Positions 12,470-23,756 of a stretch of 64,000 nt of DNA are shown piece after piece. The stretch covers positions 66,032,001-66,096,000 of the forward strand of contig NW_024704742.1 of assembly GCF_018977255.1 (NCBI RefSeq). Reading direction: 5' to 3'. Position numbers and translations under genes: made by a program. Positions within the stretch are counted from its first letter, which is position 1; every line of letters starts with the position of its first letter. The notes under the pieces are model-generated. The model saw only the letters and a list, made by a program, of their open reading frames with translations. It did not search any database and had not been told where the DNA came from. Source of the stretch: Callorhinchus milii. Its lineage: Eukaryota.

Positions 12470-12832
12470 ATTTACAAAATCATGAGTGATTTTAGCAGGA
12501 TAAACAGAGAGAAGCTTTTTCCACTGGTCGGGGAGTCAGTAACTATGAGCCATAGTCATAAGATAGCCACAAGAAGAAGGAGAGGCGAGCTCAGTAGAAA
12601 TTCTTTCACATGTTGAGATGTTGGGATGTGGAATGCCCTGCCATTCAAGGTGATAGAGGATGAGTCCATTATGGGTTTCAAGGAGGAAGTAGATAAGTAG
12701 ATGAAAAACAGAGGCTTGAGGGATGTGAGGATAGGGCAGGGAAGCAGGATTGAATGAACACCTTTCTCTGAGAGCCAGTGCAGACTCAATGGACCAAACT
12801 GCCTCCTCTATGCTGTAAATGCCTATGATTCT
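12470..12832 (+). mobile_element. CR1 LINE 3' fragment
   Basis: IYKIMSDFSRINREKLFPLVGES peptide; CCTATGATTCTA tail. Confidence 0.88.
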
Positions 12833-13105
12833 AATAAAATTGGTCATTCACTTCATGGCTGTTTGGGGGGACATTGCTGTCCACATATTGGCTGCTATGT
12901 TCGCCCTTAAAATACTTGGTGTATCCTGTGAAGTGCTTTGAGATGTCCTCCTGAGGTGAAACCAAATGCAAGGATTATTATTAATACAAATGATATGGAG
13001 GAAGCTAGGGACCTCCTCCAATCTCTCACTGATTTCCTCCAATCCCACTCTTTTGCTCGCCTCCTCCATTTAGCGAACTCAGGCTTGCTACCAGTGTTAA
13101 CGCAG

Positions 13106-13268
13106 GCCTGTTAAAGCACATGACACACCTTATTTCTATTCTGAAAATGCAGTTGAACAATGTTGGTAGTCTCTGAGTGGAGGCCATGCCCACAGTCTAG
13201 GTCGCTCTGACATTCACACTCTGTACCTCTTGGTACAGAATTTTGAGATGTTCCCCCTACGTGAAAGG
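13106..13268 (+). repeat. local direct repeat, copy 2
   Basis: aligns to 12078-12229 with a ~10 bp insertion. Confidence 0.9.
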
Positions 13269-13794
13269 CAAGGCTTGCTGAATTTTGGTTGGCCAACATA
13301 ATAACCATAGAAATAACAAAATAATAATAATAATCCTTGCACCTAATATAACACCTAATGAGATGTCTCAAAGCGCTTCACAGAATATATTGTAAAATGA
13401 ATTGATTGTATATATTGTGGGCGAAACACGGCAGCCAATTACACACAACAAATTTATGGGGTGGGGTGGGGGGGATTATTATTCCGGGAAAGCAATCAGT
13501 CACTACGCTATGGGACTCCAAAATAGCACAGATTTATTGCCTGATTTATGCCGTAAATCAAGAAATGTTCAATCAAAAAACATTTATTTTGAATTGGATT
13601 TGAATATACACATAAATGATGGAGGCCAACCAAATAGATAGGTCGGCACTACTCTTCTATGTGTATATTCATAATTCAGGCAATTTAAATAATTTTAAAT
13701 TTAAGGCAAAATATTCTTACAGGATAGGACTAGTTGGAATTTCGAGCCTCTTGAATTTCTGGTCCCAATGTTGCAAGGACCGAAAAAAGGCTAT

Positions 13795-14151
13795 TTGGCT
13801 CCCTTCACTTTTTGAATCATGCCAAGAATCTTAAATGTCCACCTGAGCTGGCAGCAAGGACCCAAGTTTAATGTTTCATTTAAAGCACATTATCTGTGAC
13901 AATGAGTCACTCTCCTCCTACTCCATTTGAGTCTCAGCCTGGACTGTGTGAGTTCAGGTCCCGATGTGGGGTGAGCGCCAACCAGGGGCTCAAATCCCAC
14001 AAGCATTCTGAGTCAGAGGCAAGAGTTATATAATTATATAATCCTTGCATTTGATACAGCACCTTATGATGTAGTTGAAACGTCTCAAAGCACTTCACAA
14101 AATATACTGTGTATTTTGTGGGCGAAGTCCTACAAACTGAGCTACACTGAC
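13795..14151 (-). mobile_element. SINE-B, decayed, with nested SINE tail fragment (~14035-14125)
   Basis: head GTCAGTGTAGCTCAGT on minus strand ending at 14151; Deu-like block at ~13810-13900. Confidence 0.65.
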
Positions 14152-15504
14152 TTTAAATTTTAAGGCAAAATATTCTTACATGCAACTGCTATGGGTGCAG
14201 TTGGTGTGAAGGACATCACAGCAAAGCCGGCCTAGTCTGACCACCACACTGCTCTCTATGGGTCCATTGCTTTAATCTCCATCAATAAAATGAGAGTGCA
14301 AGAGGCAAACTCAGTGGCCCAGTTCAGACGCTCCCTGTTCCTGCAGTTCCTGTGCCAGATTTCTGGGTCAACCTGCACCTCGGGGCAGTAGAAGTTTCAT
14401 AACTTTGCTGCAATTTCCATACATATCCAACCCGGGTACTGAGAGGAGAATGCTGTTTGGTCTAGAGCGGCCCACACTCTGCAATGTGAAATATCAGCCC
14501 TTCGGAACTTATGCTAATTTTTAATAATTTGACAGGAGCTTCAATCGCTGCTGTTTTTTTCTATAACAAAATCAAACCAGAGCAGCCGTTGCTTCCCGTC
14601 TTTGAAGTTCGGATTCAATCAGAATTTCATTAATCTTGAAAGGGCCAAATGGGAATTTTTTTCAGTCCAAGCCCGTTCTGGATTTCCTTTGATTCAGACT
14701 CATTTTGCATCAAGCCTAAGTGTAGTTGCTGAGTTTCAGTTGATGTTTCATCAGCACGTCTGGTGGGATTGGGACCTCCCCCACTCCACCCCATTGAGGT
14801 GCGACCCACTTCTTGGGAGAACTCTTACTCATCAGTATTAACCACCTTTTCTCTGTTTATTTCAGCAGCTGGCGGTGGTGTCAGCTTGTTTCAGATGGTA
14901 GCACTCTTGGCTTGAGTTAGAAAGCTATGGTTGAAACAGCACAGTATGTAATTGATCAGGTTTCTTTTAGTCTCAGGTTATTTAAAAAATCCAGAGGTGT
15001 CTCCGGATCCAGAAATCTCTCATATTCTTAGCCTTAAACCCGTTGTGTAGAATGTGTGTAGAAAGAGAGCGGCTTCCATTAACACTTCCAAACAGCAGCT
15101 GGCGAACAGGAAGCCATATTGGCCAACTTCAGGTCGCTGCTGATATCATTTCTGTGCCAAAAAGTGATTGCCTTTAGTATGTTTTAATGACATTCCCCTG
15201 ATGGATTAATGGGTAAAATCCCAGTGCGTATCGCTAGTCAGACAAATCAGGAAGGTACAAGGTTTGACCACAACCTGTAGTGGTCAAGCCAGACAGCAAG
15301 CAGGTGCTGGCTGGGTTTCCTTCAAATCAAACCAAACTTCCTCCAGCAAACCTCAAACAATGCTGGACTTTGCAAGGCTTGTTATTAAGAACAGTTTGAA
15401 TTCCCAGCAAAAACAGTTGTTCAAGCGTTGATAAATTCCTTCAGAATTGTGCTGCAAATGTATCTGTTTAAGATTGGGATTGAAGGCTATAATGCATGTC
15501 CCTC

Positions 15505-15756
15505 AACCCCTCTGCTCCACTATCAGCAGCTATGTTTTCAAAAGCTATGCCCTAACCCTCTGGAAATCCCTGCCTCAATCCCTTTGCCTTGCCCCCTCTT
15601 TGCCCATTTTCACATCGGACCTGAAGACCTTCTTCTTTGATCGTCATTACGTTCATCTCCCCTTTCTTCCCTGTTCAGTGTCCAGCTCTGACAACGAATG
15701 TTAAGCACTCTGAGATGCTAACCTGCGTGAAGGGCACTGTATAAATGCAAGTTGTT
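15505..15756 (+). mobile_element. L2 3' fragment
   Basis: LWKSLPQSL...LKTFFFD peptide; TATAAATGCAAGTTGTT end. Confidence 0.85.
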
Positions 15757-16365
15757 TGGAGCCCTGGAGAATGGAGAGAGCATACCCTGATGACTCTGGT
15801 TGGCTGGCGGTGTTTGGCTGCTTCTCTTACACAATATTGTTCCTCCCTTATATATTTTTTTCTCTTTCAGGGCCTTAAATGGTGATTAAAAAATATCCAG
15901 ACACTGCACAGTGGGTCTGTCAGTAACGTGACTGGAACGTAAACACATCATTCCCACCACTTACCAGGGGATCGGAATAGGTAACACCTGGAAAAACAGC
16001 ACAACATAATGGAGTGCTAAAAAAAGCACATTTTTAGTGCTTATAATAAAAGACGCAGGGCAACCCCCCAGCCACGCAGCCACCCACCCACTCACTCGAT
16101 GGTTTACTGGGTTTTGATCTGACGTAGCTGAGCCACACAGGATTGGAAAAGTGGCAGACTCTGATCCCCAGTCTGTGTTGAGTTTTCTGATGTCTGGTAC
16201 TGGGCAGAATTCAGCTTTGTGTGGGAAATCCAGCCAGGATTACTCATTGTGTGCCCAGCAAACCCTGTTGGACATCAGAGACTATGCTTACGCCTACGTT
16301 GTCAGTTTCAGGACTATGTCAGCCGAGACTATAAGTTTCAAGCCTGTCACAACTTTCCCTATTGA

Positions 16366-16743
16366 TAATAATAATTGCATTTAATATAACACCTTATCAT
16401 GTCATTGAGACTACTCAAAGCCATTCACACAATATATTATAAAGTGGATTGACTGTATTTTGTGGGTGAAATGTGGCTACATCAATTTGGTGGTAGCCAA
16501 TTGCACAAAGTAATGTCCCCACAAATAATCATGAATTGAGTGACCGATTTTGCTTTAAGGAATTATTACCCTGGAAAATATCAAATTAAAAAAGTCGACT
16601 AACAACCGAGTTCCTACTTACTGCTAGGTAAAACAGAAGCATGTGGAGTAAGGAAACTTGTCCAACGTTTCACCCTGCTGGGAATCGAACCCAGGTCTCT
16701 CGCTTGCGAGACGAACCCGCTAACCACTGAGCTACAGGACTCC
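16366..16743 (-). mobile_element. SINE-A long form
   Basis: ends CCACTGAGCTACAGGACTCC; contains TACTTACTGCTAGGTAAA segment. Confidence 0.9.
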
Positions 16744-17397
16744 ACTGTAGATACAAATCACTAAGCTCAGACAAACCTGGGCCAACAACAAAAAGCTGGG
16801 AAATCACTCCTCAGGAAATAAGGACAGAAATGTAATGATAAACCTTACATGTGACAGCACCTTCGACAAGACGACGTCTCAGAGCACTTCACAGGGTATA
16901 GTGCAAAGTCTGTGTTTTGCAGACAGGCATAGCAGCCAATTTAAACATATCAATGTCCCACAAACAGTCAAAAAGTAAATGACCAATTTTATCTGGAGGA
17001 TTGTTTATTTCAACAATCCCACCAGCTCCTTTCCCAAATAAGAATAATCTTTCAATTTTGAATGCAAAAAGAAGATTAAAAATTGATATACTGTACTATC
17101 CAAATACTTACGTTAAAGTGGTAATTACATTGGTTGTGACCTAGAGAAGGGACACTCATTCGATGGATAGAGCAGACAAACGGAAAATTGGCTACAAAGC
17201 CTAGGTCAGTCTAAACTATGAGCTCGACGATTGTCGGGCTAGAGTCTATCCACTCACTTGTCACTCCCACCTCAATTTTTCCAATGCCTTCCTCACTGGT
17301 CCCCCCGTCTCTACCATTCATAAAATCTCTCGTCCAAAAGGCTGTGGATGCTGGATCCATTCAAATTTACAAGGCTGAGGTGGATAGATATTTGAAA

Positions 17398-17492
17398 TAA
17401 AAATAGAAATCCCTGGGAACACTGAACAGGTCAGGCCTGGAGAGAGGAAAGTGAATTAACGTTTCAGGTTGATAACCTTTCGGCAGAACCTG
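17398..17492 (-). mobile_element. Penelope-like element terminal-repeat relic with degenerate hammerhead motif
   Basis: minus strand reads CTGCCGA-A-AGGTT-ATC-AACCT-GAAACGTTAA followed by TTTCCTCTCTCCAGGCCTGACCTGTTCAGTG. Confidence 0.65.
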
Positions 17493-17529
17493 AACCATCT
17501 GTTCAATTCAATTTGTTCAGACCTGTTTA

Positions 17530-17825
17530 AACAACAACAACAAATTACATTTGTATCATGCCTTTCACGTCAGGTGGACATCCCAAGCCACTGGACAGTC
17601 AAGGATTTGCACCTGAGCTGGAGGTTGGGATCAGGAGGGTGGAGGGTAGGGGTAGAAGGATGACCAAAGGTGTGGTCGAAGAGAGTGGGCTTGAGATGGG
17701 CCTTGGAAGAGGCAAGGGATGGAGTGAGGTGAAGGGACTATGAGATGGAGTTCCAAAGGGTGGGGCAGAGAGGCTGAAGGCCTGAACTGATGGTGGGCAG
17801 ATTAGGGGACATGGAGCAGGCCATT
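17530..17825 (-). mobile_element. L2 3' fragment
   Basis: (CAA)n tail, CTTTCACGTCAGGTGGACATCCCAAG, GAGATGGGCCTTGGAAG. Confidence 0.88.
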
Positions 17826-18649
17826 CAAGCTGCTGAATAGAGGCAACCACCTCCTTTCAGCAGCCACCCTCTGTTAACAACCACTCTGGAACAGCCTGGA
17901 AAGTCTGTTTTGCATACCAACAGACCCTCACTCAGGGGCCACCTTTATATAAAGGCCACTTTGGCTCAGTTCCCTGTGAGATATTCATTTCATTTGCATC
18001 TAAAAAGCTGAAAAAGTAGAGACACATTTTGTCTATAAACACACTTCATAAGCAATGGGACAGAAATCAGAGTTTAAGGTTATTTCCACTTATAGGAAAG
18101 GTCGTATGTGATGTATTCAAGGACAGCAAACAAGTGTTGGGTAATAATAACCCCTAACAACTTGCCCCAGGGCAACACTGCCTGAACTTATTAAAGGCAG
18201 CATTGTGCTATATGTTGGACTGTGTTGGAATGGACACAGCTGTGGCAGAGGAACAAGACGTTCAGGCCGGGTTTCAACACTGTGAGTTTGGAACAGTTTC
18301 AGAGTCAACACATTAAAAGCAAGGAAATAAAACATACTTGACTCCAATACTTTGGTTTATCTGAAGCCCTCAAGTGCCATTAACTTAAAATGAATGAATA
18401 ATTCATATCTTTTTTTCCTACCACCAACAATGCAGGATTTCCTTTCTTTTACAATTCAGATTGAGCTCCCAATGTGTCAGCCTGCCTCCATTGGTAGCGC
18501 TCTTGCCTCTAAATCAGAAGGCTGTGGATTCAAGCTCCACATCAGGCATTTGAACTCACAGGCTAGGCTGATGTGTCGAAGTGGGTAATTGATGTCAAAG
18601 GTGCCCAAAACAACCATGAAGTGAATGTTGATAGTTAACAGCAACAACT

Positions 18650-19318
18650 TGCAGGGGTCAAGCCAGCAGGTGATGGGTTTCATCTGGGTGATGGAGGATG
18701 AGATGGAGGAAGGAGAGATGGGAGCAAAGGAGTGTAGGTTGGGGCCTGTGGTAGGAGCCATAGGAGGATGAGTGGGTGATGGAGAAGGAATGGGGGCTGT
18801 GGTGGGTGGAAGACATAGAGCAGAAGGAGGAGTTGGCTGGGTGGATGTTATCTATCTGGGAGATAAAGAAATCCAAGAAATTTTCGTACTTGGCATTAGA
18901 TGTTAAGATTGAGGGTGTTTGATGGGGTGCGAGGATCAGATGGTGGGTGGTGCAGAACAGGATTCTGAGGTTGTTTTGGGCCTGCAGAATGACCTGCAAG
19001 TAGAATGCAGTTTTGACTTGCGAGAGTGGGGGTGGTAGGTGTGAAGAAACTCGAGCCACAGCTAGCGGTGAACCATGAGGCTGGTTTAGTGCCATCTGTG
19101 TGGGAGCAGAGATGACCATTATACCACGTGGAGCGGGTATATTTGGAGATGGTCCTGGATTTCAGGGGGACAAGGGAATTAAAGGTGGAGGAAAGGCGGT
19201 CGTTTAGCAACTTGACGGCTGCATCAGGATTTCTGCAGGTAGAAGACCAGGGAATGAGAATGGAGATGGGCTTGTCCGTGATGGACAGACCAGTGATGTC
19301 TAGGCCATGGGTGATGAA
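18650..19318 (-). mobile_element. L2 ORF2 internal fragment (region between endonuclease and RT), decayed
   Basis: LSSTFNSLVPLK...TWYNGHL, QNNLRILF, FLDFFISQIDNI peptides. Confidence 0.8.
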
Positions 19319-19324
19319 TTAAAA

Positions 19325-19922
19325 TCTTTACATGTGGTATACCACATCTTTCACGTCGGGAAAAGGTCTCAAACAACTTCACAGGATTTCCTGTTAAGTG
19401 CAGTGACTGTGTATATTTGTACACAAACTTGGAAGCCAATTTATTCACAAACAGCCAGAAAGTGATTGATCAATTTTATTTGGGGGATTGTTGACCAGGA
19501 CACTGGGAGAAACTCCCTTTTCTTTTCTAATAATGTGTTGTCTCTAACGTCCACCGAAACAGACAGACAGGACCTCAGTTTATTGTCTCATCCTAAGAAT
19601 GGCGAAAGGTTGTGTGTTTAAGCTGCACATCGGGTCTTTGAGATCACAATCTAGGCTGACACTTCAAAGCAGTGCTGGGGAAGCGATCTTTGTTGGAGGT
19701 GGCATTCGTTGGATGAGATGTTCCATCTGCCTGATCAGAAAGAGAAGGGAGAAACCTATTTGGAAAGAGAAGGGAATTTCTCTCAGTGTTCTGCTCAACC
19801 AACAATCCCAATTGTTGGATTACCTAACAATCCCCCAGATAAAATTGGTCACTCACTTGATGGCTGCTTGTGGGACATTGTTGTGCACAAATTGACAGCT
19901 GTCTTTGCCAACAAAATACACA
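19325..19922. mobile_element. two back-to-back SINE-B fragments (minus 19325-19598, plus 19605-19922)
   Basis: Deu-like and tail blocks in opposite orientation. Confidence 0.75.
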
Positions 19923-20329
19923 GGATGAGAAGGATGAGGTCAGATGGGCCAAAGAGCCTTCTTTATCCAAACTGTCCAACTTTATCCAACTTCAACTTGT
20001 GATCTTCTCACATCTCTCAGTCTGTCAAGTCCAACTGGACAACTGAGTCGCTGATATTTGGCTGATCAGGGCCACCACACACATTCCCTTACTCACAAGG
20101 AGGCATAGCATTAAAATCAGAGCCTAGACAGTCAGAACTTTACCAAATCTCAATATTACTATAAGTCCAACACACTTGCCTACAAATACAAAGTTACTGC
20201 ATTTGGCAGGAATTGCCTCAGAGTCATTTCAGTCTTATTAACACTGTATCCAATGCAAAGATTATTCTTATTTTCCTCAGTGCCATGATCAAGGTGATTA
20301 ATGAATGAAAAGGTTCAACTCCTTTGTTG

Positions 20330-20730
20330 CTCAGCCACATTGTTTTCCCATCCTTTGGCAGATTGAATTCAAGATCCTTGTCCTCGTGTTCAGATTCCTC
20401 CTCACCTTACCCTACCTCTGTGACCTTCTTCAACCCTGCCACCCAATGAACACTGGTCTGCTTCATCTCCCACCCTATCCGGTCACCACAGGCAGGTGGG
20501 CTTTCAGCCATTGTGTCCCTACTCTCTGGTACTTCCTCTGACTCATGATCACTCGCTCGCTACCTTCCTCCCTTGAATCAAAGCCCTGACTCTACCTTCA
20601 GCCACCTTTTGTCTCCCCACACCAGTCAGCATCCAACCCCAGGTTGTGGTGCCAATCCGGCTGTGCCAAATGTTTTGAGATGTTCTCCCAATGTGAAAGA
20701 TTCTGTATGAATGTAAATTGTATTGTAATT
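20330..20730 (+). mobile_element. L2 3' fragment
   Basis: QIEFKILVLVF...YLCDLLQP peptide; ATTGTATTGTA tail. Confidence 0.85.
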
Positions 20731-21684
20731 TGCAGACATCTTCATCACCGCTCAGCACAAATTATTCTGTATCCTTTGTAAGGACCTCAGCTGGTATGAA
20801 GCTGCCCCCTTCCCCTTGACACTGGGGGTGTACAGGAGCTGAGTTAGTCACTGCTTTAGAAATCTCTCCCTGGTATTGATGGGATGAAGGCTACTGGCTG
20901 GCTGCCAAGTATTTTACCAACAATATTCAACAGTAATCACTTGGGGCTATTAAACTGTTAGGAGGTTTGGAAAATGTTACCAATGGAAATCTGGGGTTAC
21001 TTTCAGGAAAGTAACTAAATAAGCAACTGGAGAAGCATGTGGAGACTTACAATGTGCTGGTTATGTGTGCAATAGTTGCTAGCTTAGTCAATACATTGAC
21101 TAAGGTCCATTGGAGTCAGTTCAGTGTTACATTAGATATTTATCACATTGAATGTGCTGGAGACAGACTGGTGTTGAGTCTCACTAGTCTCAACACCAGT
21201 GATGATGGAAATAAGGAGTGACTCCCCCTCCCATTCACAGCCTTAAGGTATGGCGCCTTCTTAAGCATAATATGCAATTGGTATTCCATGAGCACTGGCA
21301 AACGGAGTGGGTTTAAAAAAATAACTCGATTGTTTTAGGCTGTGGTTGTGGGGTGGGGTCTGCCGAGAAATGTATGCGTGGACAACTCCATTAACTCCAC
21401 CACTGCCCAACACCAGTCACAGCCAAATTGATCACTCACTCTGTTCATGGTGGTTTGCAGGACATTGCTGTGCACAAAATTGGCTGCAACGTTTGCCCGC
21501 ACATACACAGTGACTACACCTACCAGAATTGCATGGGAATGGCTTTGAGATGTTTTAGTGTTATGTTATGAGCATTGGATCAAGGACTTTGACTGCTGGT
21601 TTGTAGGTTGCCCAATTATAATGCTGGCATCCTGCTAAACCACTTCTCAAAGATCTTTGAGACTCCTCTTTCAAATACTGAAAC

Positions 21685-21980
21685 CTGTGAGTCAGAAGGT
21701 TGTGGGTTGTGAGTTCAAGGCCCACATCAGGCCTTGGAACTCACATAGTCCAGGATGACACTCCAGTGCAGTGCGTTGCATTGTCGGAGATGCCAACGTT
21801 TGGATGAGATGTTAAACCGAGGTCCCATCTGCCTGTTCAAAGGCATTAAGGATCCCATGGCACTATTCGAACAAAGAAGGACATTTTCTATGATTTTCTC
21901 ACCAACAATCCTACAGATAAAATTGGTCATCCACTTTATGGTTGTTTGTTGACTTTGCTGTTTGCAAATTGGCTTTTACG
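21685..21980 (+). mobile_element. SINE-B
   Basis: GAGTCAGAAGGTTGTGGGTT, GTCGGAGATGCC, GGATGAGATGTTAAACCGAGGTCCC, GATCCCATGGCACTATTCG. Confidence 0.88.
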
Positions 21981-22291
21981 TTCATAATAATATAATAATC
22001 TTGCATTTGATATTGCATGTTATCAAGTCATTGAGACATCTCAAAGTGCTTCACAGAATATACTATAAAGCGGATGGACTTTATTTTAATTAGTAGGAGC
22101 CAACTGCACACAGCAATGTCCTACAAACATCCATGGAGTAACTGACTGATTTTATTTGGTAGATTGTTGGCCAGGACACCGGGAGAAACTCTCTTCTTTT
22201 TTCAAATAGTGCAATGGGATTTCTGAATTACCCTTAAATTCTTTGAATAGGAATTACTGTGGAGTGACTGTGTATTTTATAGATGAGATAC

Positions 22292-23106
22292 ATTGTAGCA
22301 GATGGAGTTCAATGTAGGGAAGTGTGAGGTCATCCACTACGGACAAAAAAAGATAAAGCAGAATATTTTCTTAATGGGGAGAAATTAAGAACGGTAGAGG
22401 AGCAAAGAGATTTGGGTGTCCATAACCACAAATCACTAAAAATTAGTTACCAGGTGCAAAAAGTAATCAAAAAGGCGAATGGAATGTTGGCTTTTATCTC
22501 GAGGCCTGGAATACAAAGGGGAAGAAATGAAACTGTATAGAGCGTTAGTCAGACCCCATCTGGAGACTGCGTTCAGTTTTGGGCACCACATCTCAGGAAG
22601 TTATATTGACTCTGGAGGGGGTGCAGCGCAGGTTCACCAGAATGTTACCAGGCCTAAAAGGGTTAAGTAACGAGGAAAAGCTGCGTAAACTTGGATTGTA
22701 TTCCCTTGAGTTTAGAAGGTTGAGGGGTGATTTGATTGAGGTGTTTAAGATGATAAAGGGATTTGATAGGGTAGATACAGGTAAGATATTTCCTCTGGTG
22801 GGAGAATCCAAAAGAAGAAGGCATAGTCTTAAAATTAGAACCAGGCCATTTAAGAGTGAAATCAAGAAGCATTTTTTCACTCAAAGGGTGGTAGAAAACT
22901 GGAATTCTCGCCCCAAAAATCCGTGGATGCTGGATCCATCCACACCTTCAAGAATGAGGTTAATAGATTTGTAGTAGGTCAGGGTATCAAGGGATATGGG
23001 GAGAAAGTGGGAAATTGGAATTGAAAGGATTAGTTGAGATCAGCCATGATCTAATTAAATGGCGGATCAGGCTTGAAGAGCTGAACAGCCTCCTCCTATT
23101 CCTATG
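22292..23106 (+). mobile_element. CR1 LINE 3' portion, disrupted
   Basis: LEGVQRRFTRMLPGLKGLS...RRLRGDLIEVFKMIKG; 3'UTR GATCAGCCATGATCT...CTCCTATTCCTATG. Confidence 0.95.
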
Positions 23107-23559
23107 TCCTCCCGACGTGAAAGGCGCTCTATAAATGATAAATGGAATCTTGTTGTTGTTGATGATCCTATGTTCCTAGAAACAAAAGTGAAATAGAAGC
23201 TATCAAGGTTGAGGTGTAATTTATCACAAAGATTCAACATGTAGGAACACTGGGGTGGCATCTGACCAGAAAAGACCACTGCCTGCTTAGAGTTATATTA
23301 AAATGTTAAAAAAAATTATTCTGCACTCCATCTCTCACACTTCTCAACTGAATTCTTTGCCAAATAGCTATCAAGTTCCCTCTTGAATTTACTGACACCA
23401 ATAGAACAGCAGGGGTTGTGTTCATTTTGTCCCAGTTGAGGCATGCTCACTGACACATCCCATCCATCATACACAAGCCTAGAAACATGCCTATTGTGTA
23501 CACCTGCACTACCTGTAGTTGTGAAGGTTGCCGTCACCATAAACCTTTGTGCCTTGAGT

Positions 23560-23756
23560 TCCTGCTAGACTCCAGAGGAAGGTTATAGAGGAGGAAGTTT
23601 TTTCTTTACCCAGAAGATGATTAACGATTTGAATAGTTCACTAGGAAGGGTGGTTAAGGCCAGGACACTGGAATCATTTAAAAAGCAGCTTGATGCTGTG
23701 ATGGGAGAATGGTATTCAGGGCCATCTTCATCCAAACCAATCTTGTGATCTTGTGA
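23560..23756 (+). mobile_element. CR1 3' fragment, (ATCTTGTG)n tail
   Basis: FFFTQK-like sequence; ends CCAATCTTGTGATCTTGTGA. Confidence 0.75.
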
